Below, one piece after another: positions 26,878 through 28,023 of a stretch of 28,023 nt of DNA. Both the position numbers and the translations under genes were made by a program. Every line of letters starts with the position of its first letter. The first letter of the stretch is position 1. Under the pieces are notes generated by a model. The model was given only the letters and a program-made list of their open reading frames with translations, ran no database searches and was not told the DNA's origin. Source of the DNA: Candidatus Helarchaeota ASGARD archaeon Hel_GB_B (GTDB lineage Archaea > Asgardarchaeota > Lokiarchaeia > Helarchaeales > HEL-GB-B); contig SUPR01000044.1 in the NCBI GenBank assembly GCA_005191425.1, positions 1-28,023 on the forward strand, read 5' to 3'.

Positions 26878-27735
26878 TCAAATTGATACTTTATCAAGAA
26901 ATTGGGCATAATTTTTAAGCTTCCAAGAGATATCAACAACATCTCTAGTTTCTTTAACATCATGAGTACGAATGATATGAGCCCCATTATATACGGCAAT
27001 ACTAGTACAAGCTAATGTCCCAATAAGTCTATCTTTAGGGTCAGGATAATTTAAAATATCACCAACAAAAGATTTTCTTGAAATAGAAACAAGAATGGGT
27101 TTATTTAATTGCCTGAATTTAGCAAGTTGGTCTAATAATTCTAAATTATACCAAGCAATCTTAGAAGGAACCCATCTACCAATACTTGGATCAATGACTA
27201 TCTTTTTTGAGTTATATCCTAATTTTTCTATTGCTGATATAGATTGTTGAAGTGCTTTAATAGAATCATTTATACCTAAACAATCTCCAGGTACTTTATT
27301 TGACGCCATAATAATTGTATCTGCATTATGGTCAATAATTGTACTCATTATTTTTGTGTCTGTCTTAAATCCACTTACATCATTTATAATATCTGCACCT
27401 AAAGAAAGAGATTTTTCAGCTATTTTAGAATATTGGGTATCAATTGAAATAGGGATATCATAATTATTACGAATAAATTTTAATATAGGTATCAATCGGT
27501 CCATTTCTTCCTGGACAGAAATAGGTTTGACACCAGGAGCAGTTGAACGAGCACCTATATCAATAAAGTCCACGCCTTCATTAATAAATTTTTCAACTTT
27601 TTTGGAAACTTCGGATTTTTTCGTAGTAATTGATTGTTTGTAAAATGATTCTCTACTTAAATTGATAATTCCAAGAATTTTTATTGGATGATTATCACCG
27701 ACTTTAAGACCGGAAAAAATAGTTTTAATCGACAT
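26878..27735 (-). CDS. folP: Dihydropteroate synthase
   Basis: GIINLS.ESF, DIGARST.PG, ISIDT, INDVSG, IDP.IG, SRKSF and GAHIIRTHDV. Confidence 0.93.
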   Translation of the reverse strand: MSIKTIFSGLKVGDNHPIKILGIINLSRESFYKQSITTKKSEVSKKVEKFINEGVDFIDIGARSTAPGVKPISVQEEMDRLIPILKFIRNNYDIPISIDTQYSKIAEKSLSLGADIINDVSGFKTDTKIMSTIIDHNADTIIMASNKVPGDCLGINDSIKALQQSISAIEKLGYNSKKIVIDPSIGRWVPSKIAWYNLELLDQLAKFRQLNKPILVSISRKSFVGDILNYPDPKDRLIGTLACTSIAVYNGAHIIRTHDVKETRDVVDISWKLKNYAQFLDKVSI

Positions 27736-27765
27736 ATTACCAAATCAACTAATTATTAGTAAAAA

Positions 27766-28023
27766 TTAATGTTTAAAACACCGGAATCCAGTAAATATTA
27801 ATGGTAAATTATGTTCATTCGCAGCTTCAATTACTTCTTCATCCCGGATAGAGCCGCCTGGTTCTATTATTGCTGTAATTCCAGCTTTAGCAGCGATATC
27901 AATACTATCACGGAAAGGGAAAAAAGCATCGGAAGCAAGTACACATCCTTTTACATTATTACCGCCTTTTTTAATTGCAAGTTCAACTGCATCAACTCTA
28001 CTCATTTGTCCAGCGCCTATACC
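27766..28023 (-). CDS. purH: Bifunctional AICAR transformylase/IMP cyclohydrolase, C-terminal end (partial)
   Basis: [38 protein letters not shown] and TG.R.F.H. The frame is open to the window edge. Confidence 0.95.
   Translation of the reverse strand, partial: GIGAGQMSRVDAVELAIKKGGNNVKGCVLASDAFFPFRDSIDIAAKAGITAIIEPGGSIRDEEVIEAANEHNLPLIFTGFRCFKH

Noticed and set aside
1-28023. tRNA/rRNA genes, IS elements, integrases
   Set aside because: No GC-rich cloverleaf or rRNA-like tracts, transposase ORFs or terminal inverted repeats were seen by eye. tRNAscan-SE, Infernal and ISEScan would be needed to exclude them formally.

Overview
Strongly AT-rich archaeal chromosomal segment, most likely Asgard (Loki/Helarchaeia-like). 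This is inferred from a Rag/Arf-like GTPase fused to a roadblock/longin-like domain, a 23-residue LRR protein, TFB, class I CCA enzyme, Sec11 and AGGTGA-type Shine-Dalgarno motifs. Housekeeping and metabolic genes: XPF/ERCC4 nuclease, TFB, ridA, the cca-sec11-pyrE operon, a ThiS/MoaD-type ubiquitin-like protein, copA, and a purH-folP-cofE operon. The energy-metabolism block is mvhG-hdrC-hdrB plus a detached mvhD; there is no mvhA or hdrA in the window, and MvhG carries a duplicated 8-Cys Fe-S module. Two genes are broken by in-frame stops that the ORF track hides: an LRR gene (TAA at 11176 plus a probable poly-A frameshift at its 5' end) and an ICMT/PEMT-family membrane methyltransferase (single in-frame TAG at 19468). 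Other candidates are a membrane protein with tandem C6H2 B-box/ZZ-like fingers, a putative E2/UEV-like protein, a small Cys/His protein coupled to copA, an orphan adenine DNA methyltransferase, two unannotated small ORFs and a GC-rich hairpin in the mvhG leader. I found no rRNA, tRNA, CRISPR array or transposase. All family calls come from motif recognition, not database searches.
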